From the IMG/VR virus record IMGVR_UViG_3300015263_000627: DNA of 64,000 nt, one strand, 5' to 3'. The notes under the pieces were generated by a model. The model did no database searches. It was not told the origin of the DNA and saw only the letters and a list, made by a program, of their open reading frames with translations. The stretch comes from a virus. The position numbers were made by a program, and so were the translations under genes. The first letter of the stretch is position 1, and each line of letters starts with the position of its first letter. This document shows, piece after piece, positions 8,542 to 19,804 of this stretch.

Positions 8542-10308
8542 ATGATCACCAAATCATTAAATCTTGTCGATTTAGACTTTGCAGGTCAAAAGAATGACTT
8601 GATCGAGTTCCTCAAGGGTCAGACCTTATTCAAGGATTATGACTTCGAAGGCTCCAATCTCAATATATTGGTTGATCTATTAGCCTATAATGGCAATAAA
8701 CACGCATTCTTGACCAATATGCTATTGAGTGAGGCTTTCCTTGATTCGGCTCAATTGACTAGCTCGGTATTCTCCCATAGTAAGGATTTGAACTATTTGC
8801 CTCGTTCAGCCCGTAGCTCTAGGGCTAATATCACAGTTGATTTTGTGGCAACCGGGGAAAGTCAACCATACATAATACAAAAGGGTAGTTCATTTGCTAC
8901 TTTGATCAAAAATACATCATATGTATTCTCTATTCCCGAAACTATATCGGTATCATCGCCTAATACTCAATTCAGTTTCACTACCGATGTATATGAAGGG
9001 ATATATGTCAAAGACTCATATGTATATAATAGTACCGATTTAGTACCCTATCCAACATTTAGATTGACCAATAAGAATATCGATACTACATCATTGACCG
9101 TGGCAGTATATGAAGATAATTCAACTATTGCAACTCCATTCAAATATGCATCATCATTACTTGGTTTGACTGAATTGGATAAGATATTCTTTCTACAGGC
9201 ATCCGAAACCGGTTATTATGAAATTCAATTTGGAGATGGTATTATTGGTTATACTCCTAAACAGAATAGCTTGATTGTATTGGATTATCGTATTACATCT
9301 GCTGATTTGGCTAATGGAGCTAAAAGTTTCAATATCAATTTTGATCCAACCGGAGCATTCGCTGAATTGAATTTGAGTACCACTCCTAGTGTATTGACTA
9401 ATGAAAGCGCAACAGGAGGAGCCAAGGCTGAAGCTATTGAATCAGTAAGATATTATGCGCCTCGACATTTCCAAACCCAAGAACGATGTGTAGTTCCGGC
9501 TGACTATATTACTCTAATGAAAATAAACTTTCCGGAGATAAATGCTATTACTGCATATGGGGGAGAGGAATTGGAACCAGCACGATTTGGTTATGTGGTC
9601 ATATCAATTGATATACCGGGATTGGATACATTGCCTATATCTAAAGAGAATGATTATAATAAATTCCTATTACCCCGTATGCCAATGAGTATAATGCCAC
9701 TATTCATTGATCCGGAAAGAACCTATGTGCAAGTCAATACATTGGTAAGATACAATATCAATATTACTACCAATACTCCCAATCGTATTGAGTCGTTGGT
9801 ATCAACCGCTATTGCCAATTATAATATTGTTGAATTGAATGATTTTGATGTAACATTGCGATTCTCTCAACTAACATCCGATATAAATGAGGCTGATCCT
9901 TCGATTATATCAAATATAACAAGTATCAAATTATATAAGAAACTAAATCCAAATTGGGGAGTATCTAATAACTATACTATTGATTTCAAGACTAAGATTG
10001 TTCCGGGTTTATCATCAACAGGCTTTACTTATGAATATGAACACGTTTATTTACAAGATAGCGGAACAGGCGATGTGCAAGTATTCAAGTATATCAATAA
10101 TCAAACTGTTATCATTGATACAATTGGAACCATTGATTATGAAAAAGGTATTATAATAATGAATGATTTGATATTCGACAATTATGATGGTAATTATTTC
10201 AAAGTATATGTAACCCCGGCTGATCCTGACGTATCAACAATGCAGCATACTATTTTGGCGATAGAAGCTGATGAAGTAAACATGACTATTCAACAGATAT
10301 CCGAATAA
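8542..10308 (+). CDS. gp6: Baseplate wedge subunit gp6
   Basis: LDF...FKDYDFEGSNLNILVDLLAYN...EAFLDSAQL...Y.PRSARSS and QERCV motifs. Confidence 0.93.
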   Translation: MITKSLNLVDLDFAGQKNDLIEFLKGQTLFKDYDFEGSNLNILVDLLAYNGNKHAFLTNMLLSEAFLDSAQLTSSVFSHSKDLNYLPRSARSSRANITVDFVATGESQPYIIQKGSSFATLIKNTSYVFSIPETISVSSPNTQFSFTTDVYEGIYVKDSYVYNSTDLVPYPTFRLTNKNIDTTSLTVAVYEDNSTIATPFKYASSLLGLTELDKIFFLQASETGYYEIQFGDGIIGYTPKQNSLIVLDYRITSADLANGAKSFNINFDPTGAFAELNLSTTPSVLTNESATGGAKAEAIESVRYYAPRHFQTQERCVVPADYITLMKINFPEINAITAYGGEELEPARFGYVVISIDIPGLDTLPISKENDYNKFLLPRMPMSIMPLFIDPERTYVQVNTLVRYNINITTNTPNRIESLVSTAIANYNIVELNDFDVTLRFSQLTSDINEADPSIISNITSIKLYKKLNPNWGVSNNYTIDFKTKIVPGLSSTGFTYEYEHVYLQDSGTGDVQVFKYINNQTVIIDTIGTIDYEKGIIIMNDLIFDNYDGNYFKVYVTPADPDVSTMQHTILAIEADEVNMTIQQISE

Positions 10309-10310
10309 CA

Positions 10311-12551
10311 ATGGCTATTATAGAATCCTCAATTCAACCATTTATAGATAATCAGTTTCCGGCATTATATCGGGATGATGATCCTAATTATATTTCCTTT
10401 GTGAAAGCCTATTATCAATGGCTGGAGGAAACTGGTAAACCATTATATTATGCTCGTAATTTCCTTGAATTGCAGGATGTGGATAAGACCACCGAAAATG
10501 TATTGGTATTCATCAAAGAGAAATATCTAAAGAACATTCGTTTCTCAACCGAAGCTAATATTCGAGCTATTATCAAGCATAGTTTAGATATATATCGATC
10601 AAAAGGAACTCAGCGTTGTATTGATCTATTGTTCCGATTGGTATTCAATGAAGTTATTGAGATATATTATCCCAAGGTGGATATATTACGCTTATCGGAT
10701 GGAACATGGCGTATTCCGCAATATCTTGAATTATCATTATCAGTAAGCAATGCCAATCTTAGACATAAGACAATAAGGGGAGCCGACTCTGGAGCTATTG
10801 CATTTGTTGATGATGTAATACGCCGTACTGTCAAAACACGATTTATTGATTTGGCATACATATCAGCTATTGAAGGACAATTTATAACTGGAGAAATTAT
10901 TCATCCAACCGATGGAGAAATGGAAATTGCTTTATGTCCACGAATTATTGGTTCATTGAATGAGATTGTACTTCCTGCTATTGGAACTGGAACTGGTTAT
11001 ACTAATGGTGATATTGTTACAATTCATTCTGATTATGGCGAGCAAGCTCAAGCATTGGTTATCAATGCAAGCGAACAACCAAGTATTATTGCAGCTATTG
11101 TGAATAATGGAGGATATGGTTATACAACTAACGCAGAAATATTGGTATCAGAACGATCATTATCATTAGCTAATGTTGATATTACCAATACATATGCTCG
11201 ATCTTATCTCAATTTCCTTGATACAGTAACTCAGGGAGGTAATACAGCCCAAGCAATGGGTATTGATAATATTACAATTTATATTGATGCGGTTAATGGA
11301 ACGTTTATTGTCGGAGAAACTATTATTCAACATAATAGAAATTATGTCAATGACAAATCAATTATAGGACAAGCAACTTTAACTAAAATACCAACATCAA
11401 CAATTTTATGGTTTGATGATGTGAAAGGGGTATTTTATCCTAATACCCAAATAATAGGACTAACATCCAAAGCTACCGCCAATGTAATATCGGTGAACAT
11501 GACTCTTGCTATTATCAATAGCACTGGCACATTCTCCAATACATCTCTAACCATGCCATCCTTGACGGCTGATGTAATATATGTGGGAGCTAATACACAA
11601 CCAATATATTCTATTCCAAGTAGTACCACATATCAAGAGAATGTTTTGGTCAATACTGATTTATTGAGTGATTGGACAGTGCCTCTAAATTCGGCTACCT
11701 ATCCTAATTTCCCGGCTAATACCAGCGCCAACTCCGGAACATCATTTGATAATTTCCTATCCATGAATGCAATAACAATTGGAAAAATAACTGAATTGTT
11801 GCCTCAATCCAGTGTATATTTGACTGATTATTTGCCCATGGTTACAATATCAGAGGCTCGCGTGAAAGATTTGAATATATGGGATAAGGTATTATTTTAT
11901 ACTGGAGCTAGTGCAACATTTAAGGTAGGAGAAATAGTTACTCAATCAGCTACATCAGCCCGGGGTATTGTTCAAAAAAATGCTAATAATAAACTATATA
12001 TCCAAGAATTACGGTTTAATTCGAATAATTGGTTTATTGTCACATCCAATACTACCACAAAAATACTAGGAGCAACAACTGGGGCAACCGCTAATGTGAC
12101 AATAATATCTGATCAAGGAGATATAAGACCAACAGGATTGAATGCTGTAATTGATACTGAGGCTCCGACAGCTATTGGTAGTGTCCTTGAGTTACAAATC
12201 ATCAATTCTGGATTTGGTTATATTGATAATGAGCTAATTTGGTTCAATATTGGGGATACATTTGATGAAAACAATGGTTATGGATATACTAATTTGGTTA
12301 CTCGGGGTATTGGACCCGGATTCTATGAACAAAAGGGTGGTTTCCTAAGCGATCAAAAGAAGCTATATGATGGATATTATTATCAAAACTTTTCCTATGA
12401 AATATCATCCTCAAAAACCGTTGATAAATATAGAGATATGATGAAAAAAATAGGTCATGTGGCTGGAACCAAGATGTTTAGCCGGTATGTTCATAAGAGA
12501 ACACTCGACAGTTCTAGTCTTAGAAAAGAAATAGAGGTAACCCAAACATGA
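10311..12551 (+). CDS. Baseplate wedge initiator (gp7-like)
   Basis: QFPALYRDD...FVKAYYQWLE, YRSKGT, PKVDILRLSDGTW and C-terminal YYQNFSYEI...HVAGTKMF. Confidence 0.75.
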   Translation: MAIIESSIQPFIDNQFPALYRDDDPNYISFVKAYYQWLEETGKPLYYARNFLELQDVDKTTENVLVFIKEKYLKNIRFSTEANIRAIIKHSLDIYRSKGTQRCIDLLFRLVFNEVIEIYYPKVDILRLSDGTWRIPQYLELSLSVSNANLRHKTIRGADSGAIAFVDDVIRRTVKTRFIDLAYISAIEGQFITGEIIHPTDGEMEIALCPRIIGSLNEIVLPAIGTGTGYTNGDIVTIHSDYGEQAQALVINASEQPSIIAAIVNNGGYGYTTNAEILVSERSLSLANVDITNTYARSYLNFLDTVTQGGNTAQAMGIDNITIYIDAVNGTFIVGETIIQHNRNYVNDKSIIGQATLTKIPTSTILWFDDVKGVFYPNTQIIGLTSKATANVISVNMTLAIINSTGTFSNTSLTMPSLTADVIYVGANTQPIYSIPSSTTYQENVLVNTDLLSDWTVPLNSATYPNFPANTSANSGTSFDNFLSMNAITIGKITELLPQSSVYLTDYLPMVTISEARVKDLNIWDKVLFYTGASATFKVGEIVTQSATSARGIVQKNANNKLYIQELRFNSNNWFIVTSNTTTKILGATTGATANVTIISDQGDIRPTGLNAVIDTEAPTAIGSVLELQIINSGFGYIDNELIWFNIGDTFDENNGYGYTNLVTRGIGPGFYEQKGGFLSDQKKLYDGYYYQNFSYEISSSKTVDKYRDMMKKIGHVAGTKMFSRYVHKRTLDSSSLRKEIEVTQT

Positions 12552-14539
12552 CTTCAACTTATGCTTTTACTAATGATTATAGAATAGATAGGGCTGTGGA
12601 TTTTATCAATTCATTAGTGGATAATAAAATGTATTTCTTTGTTGGAGATTATATCGATCATTCCAACACCGAAATCCAATTAGCCAATAATAACATAGAT
12701 TCTTTATTTTATAATGTATTTGATAAAATGATAATGGGAAAGCTCATATCCACAACAGCAGCTATGCAAGGAATTAGAAATATTCCTTATCAAAGCGATA
12801 TAGTTTATACTCAATATGATGATACTGTCGATTTAACTGATGAAAATTATTATTGTATAGTTAATGCTGGTTCATATTCTCATGTTTATAAATGTCTGTA
12901 TAATAATCATGGAGCCAATTCAACAGTTGAACCTAATTTCATGCATATTGAAGGGGCTAATACTATCGTTTATCAAACATCCGATGGTTATATTTGGAAA
13001 TATCTATACAGCTTAGAAGATAGTACCATTGCTTCGTTTGGAACTTCTCAATTTATTCCATATATTGCTAATAATACTGTAATAAATGAAGCTGTTATAG
13101 GATCAATCAATGTTATTGAAGTTGAAGGGGCTGGAAAGCTTTATAATAATTATACAGCCGGAACATTATTGAGTGACGATATACGAGTTGAACCTAACAT
13201 ATATCAGATAACCAATTCTACTATTAGCACTACCACAAGCTATTATACTGGTTGTATCATGTTTTTGACTGATGGAGATGGAGTTGGACAATATGCTACT
13301 GTTAGTCATTCTTATTCTAATTCAAGCGGTAACTATGTAGTAGTTGAAACTGATTTTGTTATTAGTCCATCCAACGGAACCAAATATGAAATAACCCCAC
13401 AATGTATTGTCTATAATAATGGATTAACATCTGATCCATGTGTAGCCCGGGCTATTGTTAATGCTACTTCGTCCAATTCAATACATCATATTGAGATATT
13501 ACATCCCGGAACTGATCAATTTATTGTTACAGCCAATGTTATTGCTAATGCAGCAGTTGGAGTAGCATTACAAAATCAAGCAGTAGTTCGTCCAATTCTA
13601 CCTCCTCATGGCGGGCATGGTTCTGATCCAGCGTCCGAATTGAACGCTTCATATGTCTTATTATCAATTACCTTAGCTAATAGTGAATCTAATACAATTC
13701 TGACCACTAATCAATTTCAACAGATTGGATTGATCAAAAATCCTATATTTGCTAATGTTGAATTGAATATAACTGGAGCTACTAAGTTTTTTGACCTTGG
13801 AGAAACCGTATATAATGTAAATTTGGTTGCTTATTCGACTAATGGCATTATAAATACAACTAGCACTACTATAACTGATAATGATGCAACTTTTGATATA
13901 ACTTTTAATGAAGGGGATGCAATTTGTGTTAGTAATGGTTCATTATATCAAATGAGTAATGTTGTAAGTATAACTAATAGTACCGTCATTGATATTGCAG
14001 CTAATGGATTTTTTGATGTGTCCAACGCAGCAATATATGTTCCTACTATCCATGAAACCCTTATTGTATTATCTATGTATGGTGATACCGTATTAAATGT
14101 CAGCAATACCACCGGAAATGTAACAGTAAGTACCGCAGTTATTGGAGCCAATTCGGGGGCTTATGCGACTATTTCCGAAATAGATCGAAATGATGTAATA
14201 AAGGACTTCCAAACCTTCATACAGCTATATAAATACATAATAGTTCCAATTCATGGGGAATTTATTGCAGGAGAGACTATAGTTCAAGGGAATGAAACGG
14301 CTGTTTTGCATTCGGTTGTTGCTAATACTACGATGTATTTGTCAGAATTAACAGGTCAATTTACTAATACTGGCTCAACAATATACGGAGAAACAAGTGG
14401 AGCCGAAGCTCAAATTACTCAAGCATATATTCCTGAATTGGAAATAGGACGAGGCACTATTCAATATATAGATAATATTGAGCCAGTAACTCGACAAGCT
14501 GACGTAACTGAAACATTCAAAATTTGTTTGGAGTTTTAA
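12548..14539 (+). CDS. gp8: Baseplate wedge subunit gp8
   Basis: VYKCLYNN, TSDGYIWKYLY, PPHGGHGSD, QFQQIGLIKNP and C-terminal YIDNIEPVTR motifs. Confidence 0.85.
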   Translation: MTSTYAFTNDYRIDRAVDFINSLVDNKMYFFVGDYIDHSNTEIQLANNNIDSLFYNVFDKMIMGKLISTTAAMQGIRNIPYQSDIVYTQYDDTVDLTDENYYCIVNAGSYSHVYKCLYNNHGANSTVEPNFMHIEGANTIVYQTSDGYIWKYLYSLEDSTIASFGTSQFIPYIANNTVINEAVIGSINVIEVEGAGKLYNNYTAGTLLSDDIRVEPNIYQITNSTISTTTSYYTGCIMFLTDGDGVGQYATVSHSYSNSSGNYVVVETDFVISPSNGTKYEITPQCIVYNNGLTSDPCVARAIVNATSSNSIHHIEILHPGTDQFIVTANVIANAAVGVALQNQAVVRPILPPHGGHGSDPASELNASYVLLSITLANSESNTILTTNQFQQIGLIKNPIFANVELNITGATKFFDLGETVYNVNLVAYSTNGIINTTSTTITDNDATFDITFNEGDAICVSNGSLYQMSNVVSITNSTVIDIAANGFFDVSNAAIYVPTIHETLIVLSMYGDTVLNVSNTTGNVTVSTAVIGANSGAYATISEIDRNDVIKDFQTFIQLYKYIIVPIHGEFIAGETIVQGNETAVLHSVVANTTMYLSELTGQFTNTGSTIYGETSGAEAQITQAYIPELEIGRGTIQYIDNIEPVTRQADVTETFKICLEF

Positions 14540-14553
14540 AGGAATAAAAATAG

Positions 14554-17500
14554 ATGTCAATTGCAACTGATCTTAATGTTCATCCTTATTATGATGATTA
14601 TGATTCTTCGAAGGATTATTATAAAATCTTATTTCAACCGGGTGTTGCTGTTCAAACCCGGGAATTGAATCAATTACAGACATTATTTCAGAACCAAATT
14701 GAAAAATTTGGAGATAATATATTTCAATCTGGAACCATTGTTTCGGGTTGTAACTTTTTATTCTTGGGTAAAGTTCCTTACATAAAGATTAAAGACCAAA
14801 CAGTTGAGGGAGGAAGTGTATCTCCATCAGCATATGTATTTTATCGAGTAACTAATGAAACAACTGGATTATCAGCCCAAGTAACTCAATCATATGATGG
14901 TTATGAAAGTGCTGATCCTGATCTAAAAACATTATATCTAAATTACATTAATACTGGTTATGATGCTAATACATTTACCTTTGCATCAGGTGATGTTTTA
15001 ACAGTTTATGATGGAACAACCGTAGGTATTGAAAAAGTAAGTATAGCTAATAATGCAGGAGGTTCAGGATTTTCTAATACCGATCCAGTAATAATAATTC
15101 CGGAAATTGCTATTACAGTATTAACAGGTACATTTTCTAATGGTGAATATATTACTAATGGTAGTGGAGCTAATCTCCAAATTATAGCCGTTGATACTGT
15201 AACATTAGCTAATAGTAATCAAACAATTCTTAAATTAAAACCACGCACTGTGGATTTGGCTAATGCTTCGGCAACTGCTAATTCATGGACTATATCAATG
15301 AACGAGAGTATTCTTGATATTGATTCATCTGCAACAGCAACAGTCACCAAAATATTTGGTTCGGGTTTTTATGCAACAGCATTAACCGATCCTAATGGAA
15401 CTATCATCAATATTGATGTTTCTAATAAAGGATTTGGTTTTGATGAATTACCATTTATTACAATACAGTCAGCCGATAATGGTTCGGGAATTGATGCTCT
15501 TGATTTGGTTCCACAAAATTATGTGACACAAATTTCAGTAGCAACAGTAGCTAATACAACAGGACATGGTTGTTTGTTTGGAATAAACGAAGGTGTAATT
15601 TATCAAAAAGGATATTTCCTTCGAGTTCTTTCTCAAAGTATTGTTGTGGACAAATATTCAACAGTTCCCGATGGTGTAGCAGTTGGATTTACTACCCAAG
15701 AAAGTATTATCAATTCCAATCTTGATACATCATTAAATGATCCAGCATATACTAAAAATCAAAATGCTCCGGGTGCCAATCGATTGAAATTGGTTCCTAA
15801 ACTAACTCTTACAACTATTGATAATGCATTATCTAATACTAATATCCTGCCACTTGTCGAATATAGTGAAGGTAAACCCTATATTCAGCGACAAAAAACA
15901 GTATATAGCAAAATTGGTGATAAAATTGCCGAAGGAATTGATGACACGTCCGGTAATTTCTTTATTAATCCGTTTTTGATCACTACTCAATCCGATACAG
16001 CTAATGATACAGCCGCATCATTTGATACAATTATTGATCCGGGAACTGCATATATAAGTGGTTATAAAGTTTCAACACAAAAGAATTATACATCTATATA
16101 TCCAGTATCATTCTTAGAAGCAGTTCAAAATAATTTCTCCTATAACTTGAATTATGGAAAGTATATTCGTCTTAATAATGTTGGAGGTTCATTCGAATTT
16201 AATACTGGTGATATTGTAACACTATATGATACAGCCAAACAATTTGGCGCTAATTCGACTCTTGTATATGATCAAAACACTAATCCAGTAGGAGTATCTA
16301 TTGGAACGGCTCGAATGAGATATTTTGGCATTGAAACATTGACACCGGGAAACCCAATCTATGATCTATATATTTTCGATATACAAATGGCTAATGGAAA
16401 AAGCTTTTCATCCACTCGTTCAATTCATTATAATGGTACAGCAAATGGTGTTGCTGATATTGTAACTGAAACTAATACAACTACCGGATTAGAACAAGCT
16501 GTAATTATTGATCCAACACAAAATCAATTGGTTTTCCCAATTTCTTCAACCACCATTAGAAATATTGCTAATGTAACATATCAATATCGCACCTTTGATG
16601 ATACATTAACAGTAAACACTTCGGGCTATATTGTAAAAAGTGTTTCATCCAATACAAATTTATTTTTTCCATTTACTGGAGATTTAACTTCCTCACAACT
16701 TACTGATTTGTATGTTGTTCCTACATCAATTGATCTTGTGTATGCAGCTAATACATCCGGAACGGTTTCGGTTAATACATCGTCAGCTAATCTTACAGGA
16801 TCATCCACCAATTTCTTGTCGGAATATGTGGTTGGAGATTGGTTATACATTTATGATGCAGCATCTCACGATTTGAAACAAGTTCAACGTGTAGTTAATA
16901 ACACATTGATGACTGTTGATTCAAATATTTCATTTACTAATGCTACCTCAAATATGACTCGGGTATTTCCAAAAGATATCCCAATTCCATTTGGTATGCG
17001 ATCAGGTTTATCAGCCAATGTCGATGTAGGACAAAATATTCTTACTATTAATCTTGGAGGAGCATTAACAACAGGATCACCACAACCAATATCTCTCGGG
17101 GTAAATATAAATCAAGTTGATATTGGTCAAGGAACTAAAACCCCTGTTCGTAATGCATATGTATTGTTACAATTATCTAATAATGAAAATGGAGTTATAG
17201 GTCCATGGTGTTTGGGTGTTCCGGATGTATTCCGTTTGCGAGGAGTCTATATTGGTAATTCATCAGTTAATAGTTCTAGCACTGATTATTTCAAAGATTT
17301 TTATATCGATAATAATCAAACGTTGGAATATCGAGGATTGAGTTGGTTCTATAAGAAACCAACCGCTACTGTTAATTTAACATCATCACAATATATTCTT
17401 GTAAAATTTGATTATTTTACAAGTTCGGGACCTTCTTATTATAATCCAGTATCCTATATAAGTTCAAATGTAGATCAAATTATTGCAGCCGATTCCCTAT

Positions 17501-19407
17501 CTCTAAATGGATTGGATGAAAATGCTGGTTCAATTAATACATGGGAAATTCCGGAATTTTTCAACAATGAAAATCGTGTTGATTTATTGAAATGCATCGA
17601 TTTCAGACCTTCAGTTGCAAATACTTGTGTTCCAAGCACTAACTATGCTACAGCACCCACAAATCCGGATTCAACAAAAACTTTTGATAATTCAGAAAAA
17701 TATTTTCCTGTTCCAGAAACAGTTTTTACAACAAATAACGTAACAACTTGTATTGGTAATTTTATTACATTTTTCATTGATAAAGATGGTAATTTTAGTT
17801 CGGCTAATTCTACTATTACTGGTAATAAAGTTGTTTCAGCCAAAACACCACCGGATAATATTAAAATTGCTGATATTATTGTTCCTGATTATCCAGCTAT
17901 TCCAATTAATAAATCTATTCGGTTAACTGAACTGTTGAATACAGGTGTATTGAATCAAAAATATTCATCAACTCGCCAATCGAATCATACAATAGCAGTC
18001 AAAAGTGTTATTAATCAAAATGAAGATCAAGTATATACTCAAAAAGATATTGGTAAAATTGATCGTCGGTTGAAAAATGTTGAATATTATGTTTCTCTAA
18101 ATCAATTAGAAACAACAATGAATAATTTGATCATTCCAAGCGTAAATGATCCAGCATTGGCTCGCTATAAATTTGGATTTTTTGCAGTTGATTATTCTCA
18201 ACCTGAATTATTAGACATGGGCGATCCACAATGGGCAGCAACTAATAAAGATGGTTATATGTGGCCAGATCGTCTTGATTGGGATATTTATTTTGGTAAT
18301 GAAGGTGGAGCATTGCCATATATGAATGAATTGATTATTTCTCAACAAAACGCAACAACTGGAACTCTTACTAATCCAGATGCAATTCCCGATTGTGCTA
18401 TCGATGTTGCTAATACAGTTGCATATCAATTGAAGTTACGTTCCGGTATAACTTATATAAACAACTTTAATATTATATTAGCTGATGCTGAACATATGGC
18501 TAATACAGTTTCGGTTGGTATGGGCGCTAATAGAGACTATTGGAATAATGATCCAACAAGTTCCAGCGTCGAAGTTTTCTTTATAACTTATACTGATGCA
18601 ATTAAAATTGAAATATATCAAGGAAATACTCTAATAGTTGATACATCTTCGGCTGAAAATTTGAGCGCAATTGATATATCTAATCTAACTGGTTCTAATT
18701 CAAATAAATGGTTCTATGATCCAACTGGTATATATTTGGTTAATTTTACAGCCCAAGGAAATAATTTTGTTACAGGTTCAGGTAAAGTAACGTGGGATTA
18801 TAACGGAACAGGTGGAACGGCTGTGACTATCAAGACTACTCGATTAACTAATCCAGTTTTAGCTCCTACAACTAGTGGAGAAATTAGAGGGGGGCTTGTA
18901 TGGAAAGAAGCAATAAGCTATCCAGTTAATGGATCAACAGCCGGTTGTGCGCCACCTCCTCCGACCATTCCATGGCATCCATCTCCAATTCCGGATTTGC
19001 CACCAATAGATATTGATTATCATGATTGTGGAAATGGTATGCAAGATGCTAATATAGAATGGATTCCTTTGGATATGCCATCTATACCAAATTTTACTAC
19101 ATATCCGTCTATTCCGGGTCCAACATATAGTCCCTTTAGTCCACATTATCGAAATATGGACCTTGTAAAAGACTCGCAAGGTCATCTTTATCTAGTTAGT
19201 AATGGAATGAATACTTGGGATTTAGCCGCATATAAGCCCGCAAATCAACAGACCGTTACGGAAAATCCTATGGATAATACATTATCAACAGGAAGTAGTC
19301 AAGGATATAATATTATCCAAAATCAACTAATATGGACACCGTATAGTGAAAGTGGTCCAAATTCATCGTTTAATTATGTTTCAGAACTTGTTAATATTCA
19401 ATGGTAA
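14554..19407 (+). CDS. Large virion structural protein, DUF4815/VrlC-like, part 1
   Basis: LNVHPYYDDY...YYKILFQPGVAVQTRELNQLQT and APGANRLK motifs. Confidence 0.8.
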   Translation: MSIATDLNVHPYYDDYDSSKDYYKILFQPGVAVQTRELNQLQTLFQNQIEKFGDNIFQSGTIVSGCNFLFLGKVPYIKIKDQTVEGGSVSPSAYVFYRVTNETTGLSAQVTQSYDGYESADPDLKTLYLNYINTGYDANTFTFASGDVLTVYDGTTVGIEKVSIANNAGGSGFSNTDPVIIIPEIAITVLTGTFSNGEYITNGSGANLQIIAVDTVTLANSNQTILKLKPRTVDLANASATANSWTISMNESILDIDSSATATVTKIFGSGFYATALTDPNGTIINIDVSNKGFGFDELPFITIQSADNGSGIDALDLVPQNYVTQISVATVANTTGHGCLFGINEGVIYQKGYFLRVLSQSIVVDKYSTVPDGVAVGFTTQESIINSNLDTSLNDPAYTKNQNAPGANRLKLVPKLTLTTIDNALSNTNILPLVEYSEGKPYIQRQKTVYSKIGDKIAEGIDDTSGNFFINPFLITTQSDTANDTAASFDTIIDPGTAYISGYKVSTQKNYTSIYPVSFLEAVQNNFSYNLNYGKYIRLNNVGGSFEFNTGDIVTLYDTAKQFGANSTLVYDQNTNPVGVSIGTARMRYFGIETLTPGNPIYDLYIFDIQMANGKSFSSTRSIHYNGTANGVADIVTETNTTTGLEQAVIIDPTQNQLVFPISSTTIRNIANVTYQYRTFDDTLTVNTSGYIVKSVSSNTNLFFPFTGDLTSSQLTDLYVVPTSIDLVYAANTSGTVSVNTSSANLTGSSTNFLSEYVVGDWLYIYDAASHDLKQVQRVVNNTLMTVDSNISFTNATSNMTRVFPKDIPIPFGMRSGLSANVDVGQNILTINLGGALTTGSPQPISLGVNINQVDIGQGTKTPVRNAYVLLQLSNNENGVIGPWCLGVPDVFRLRGVYIGNSSVNSSSTDYFKDFYIDNNQTLEYRGLSWFYKKPTATVNLTSSQYILVKFDYFTSSGPSYYNPVSYISSNVDQIIAADSLSLNGLDENAGSINTWEIPEFFNNENRVDLLKCIDFRPSVANTCVPSTNYATAPTNPDSTKTFDNSEKYFPVPETVFTTNNVTTCIGNFITFFIDKDGNFSSANSTITGNKVVSAKTPPDNIKIADIIVPDYPAIPINKSIRLTELLNTGVLNQKYSSTRQSNHTIAVKSVINQNEDQVYTQKDIGKIDRRLKNVEYYVSLNQLETTMNNLIIPSVNDPALARYKFGFFAVDYSQPELLDMGDPQWAATNKDGYMWPDRLDWDIYFGNEGGALPYMNELIISQQNATTGTLTNPDAIPDCAIDVANTVAYQLKLRSGITYINNFNIILADAEHMANTVSVGMGANRDYWNNDPTSSSVEVFFITYTDAIKIEIYQGNTLIVDTSSAENLSAIDISNLTGSNSNKWFYDPTGIYLVNFTAQGNNFVTGSGKVTWDYNGTGGTAVTIKTTRLTNPVLAPTTSGEIRGGLVWKEAISYPVNGSTAGCAPPPPTIPWHPSPIPDLPPIDIDYHDCGNGMQDANIEWIPLDMPSIPNFTTYPSIPGPTYSPFSPHYRNMDLVKDSQGHLYLVSNGMNTWDLAAYKPANQQTVTENPMDNTLSTGSSQGYNIIQNQLIWTPYSESGPNSSFNYVSELVNIQW

Positions 19408-19420
19408 TATGAGGTTATAA

Positions 19421-19789
19421 ATGACTATTTGGCTTACAGACGTATCATCTACATTATCGGCTGATAGTGTATCGATAGGAATACAGAAAACAAAAGCATT
19501 TCTAATGCCATTCTCAATAAATGGATTGCTTCCTAATTCAGAATATTTCTTTTTTGTTGATGATACTGATATGACTTGGGCAACAGCACAATCCGGAAAA
19601 AATATGGGTGATGGACTTTTATCTGATGAAAATGGAAAATTACAATTTAATTTTTATGCAGAATTGATTATTTCAACTTCTGAAACATCTAATGATCTTA
19701 AGAAATCTCATTTGTTTCAGATAAAAGATGTAAATGGAATAGTAAGAGCTACAGGTATTGTTTCACAAAAAATAAAAGTGAAAACCTAA
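19421..19789 (+). CDS. Virion structural protein, DUF4815-like middle segment
   Basis: GLLPNSEYFFFVD...LLSDENGKL resembles the internal segment of these giant proteins; good RBS. Confidence 0.6.
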   Translation: MTIWLTDVSSTLSADSVSIGIQKTKAFLMPFSINGLLPNSEYFFFVDDTDMTWATAQSGKNMGDGLLSDENGKLQFNFYAELIISTSETSNDLKKSHLFQIKDVNGIVRATGIVSQKIKVKT

Positions 19790-19804
19790 TAAGGAGTTAG
19801 TTAA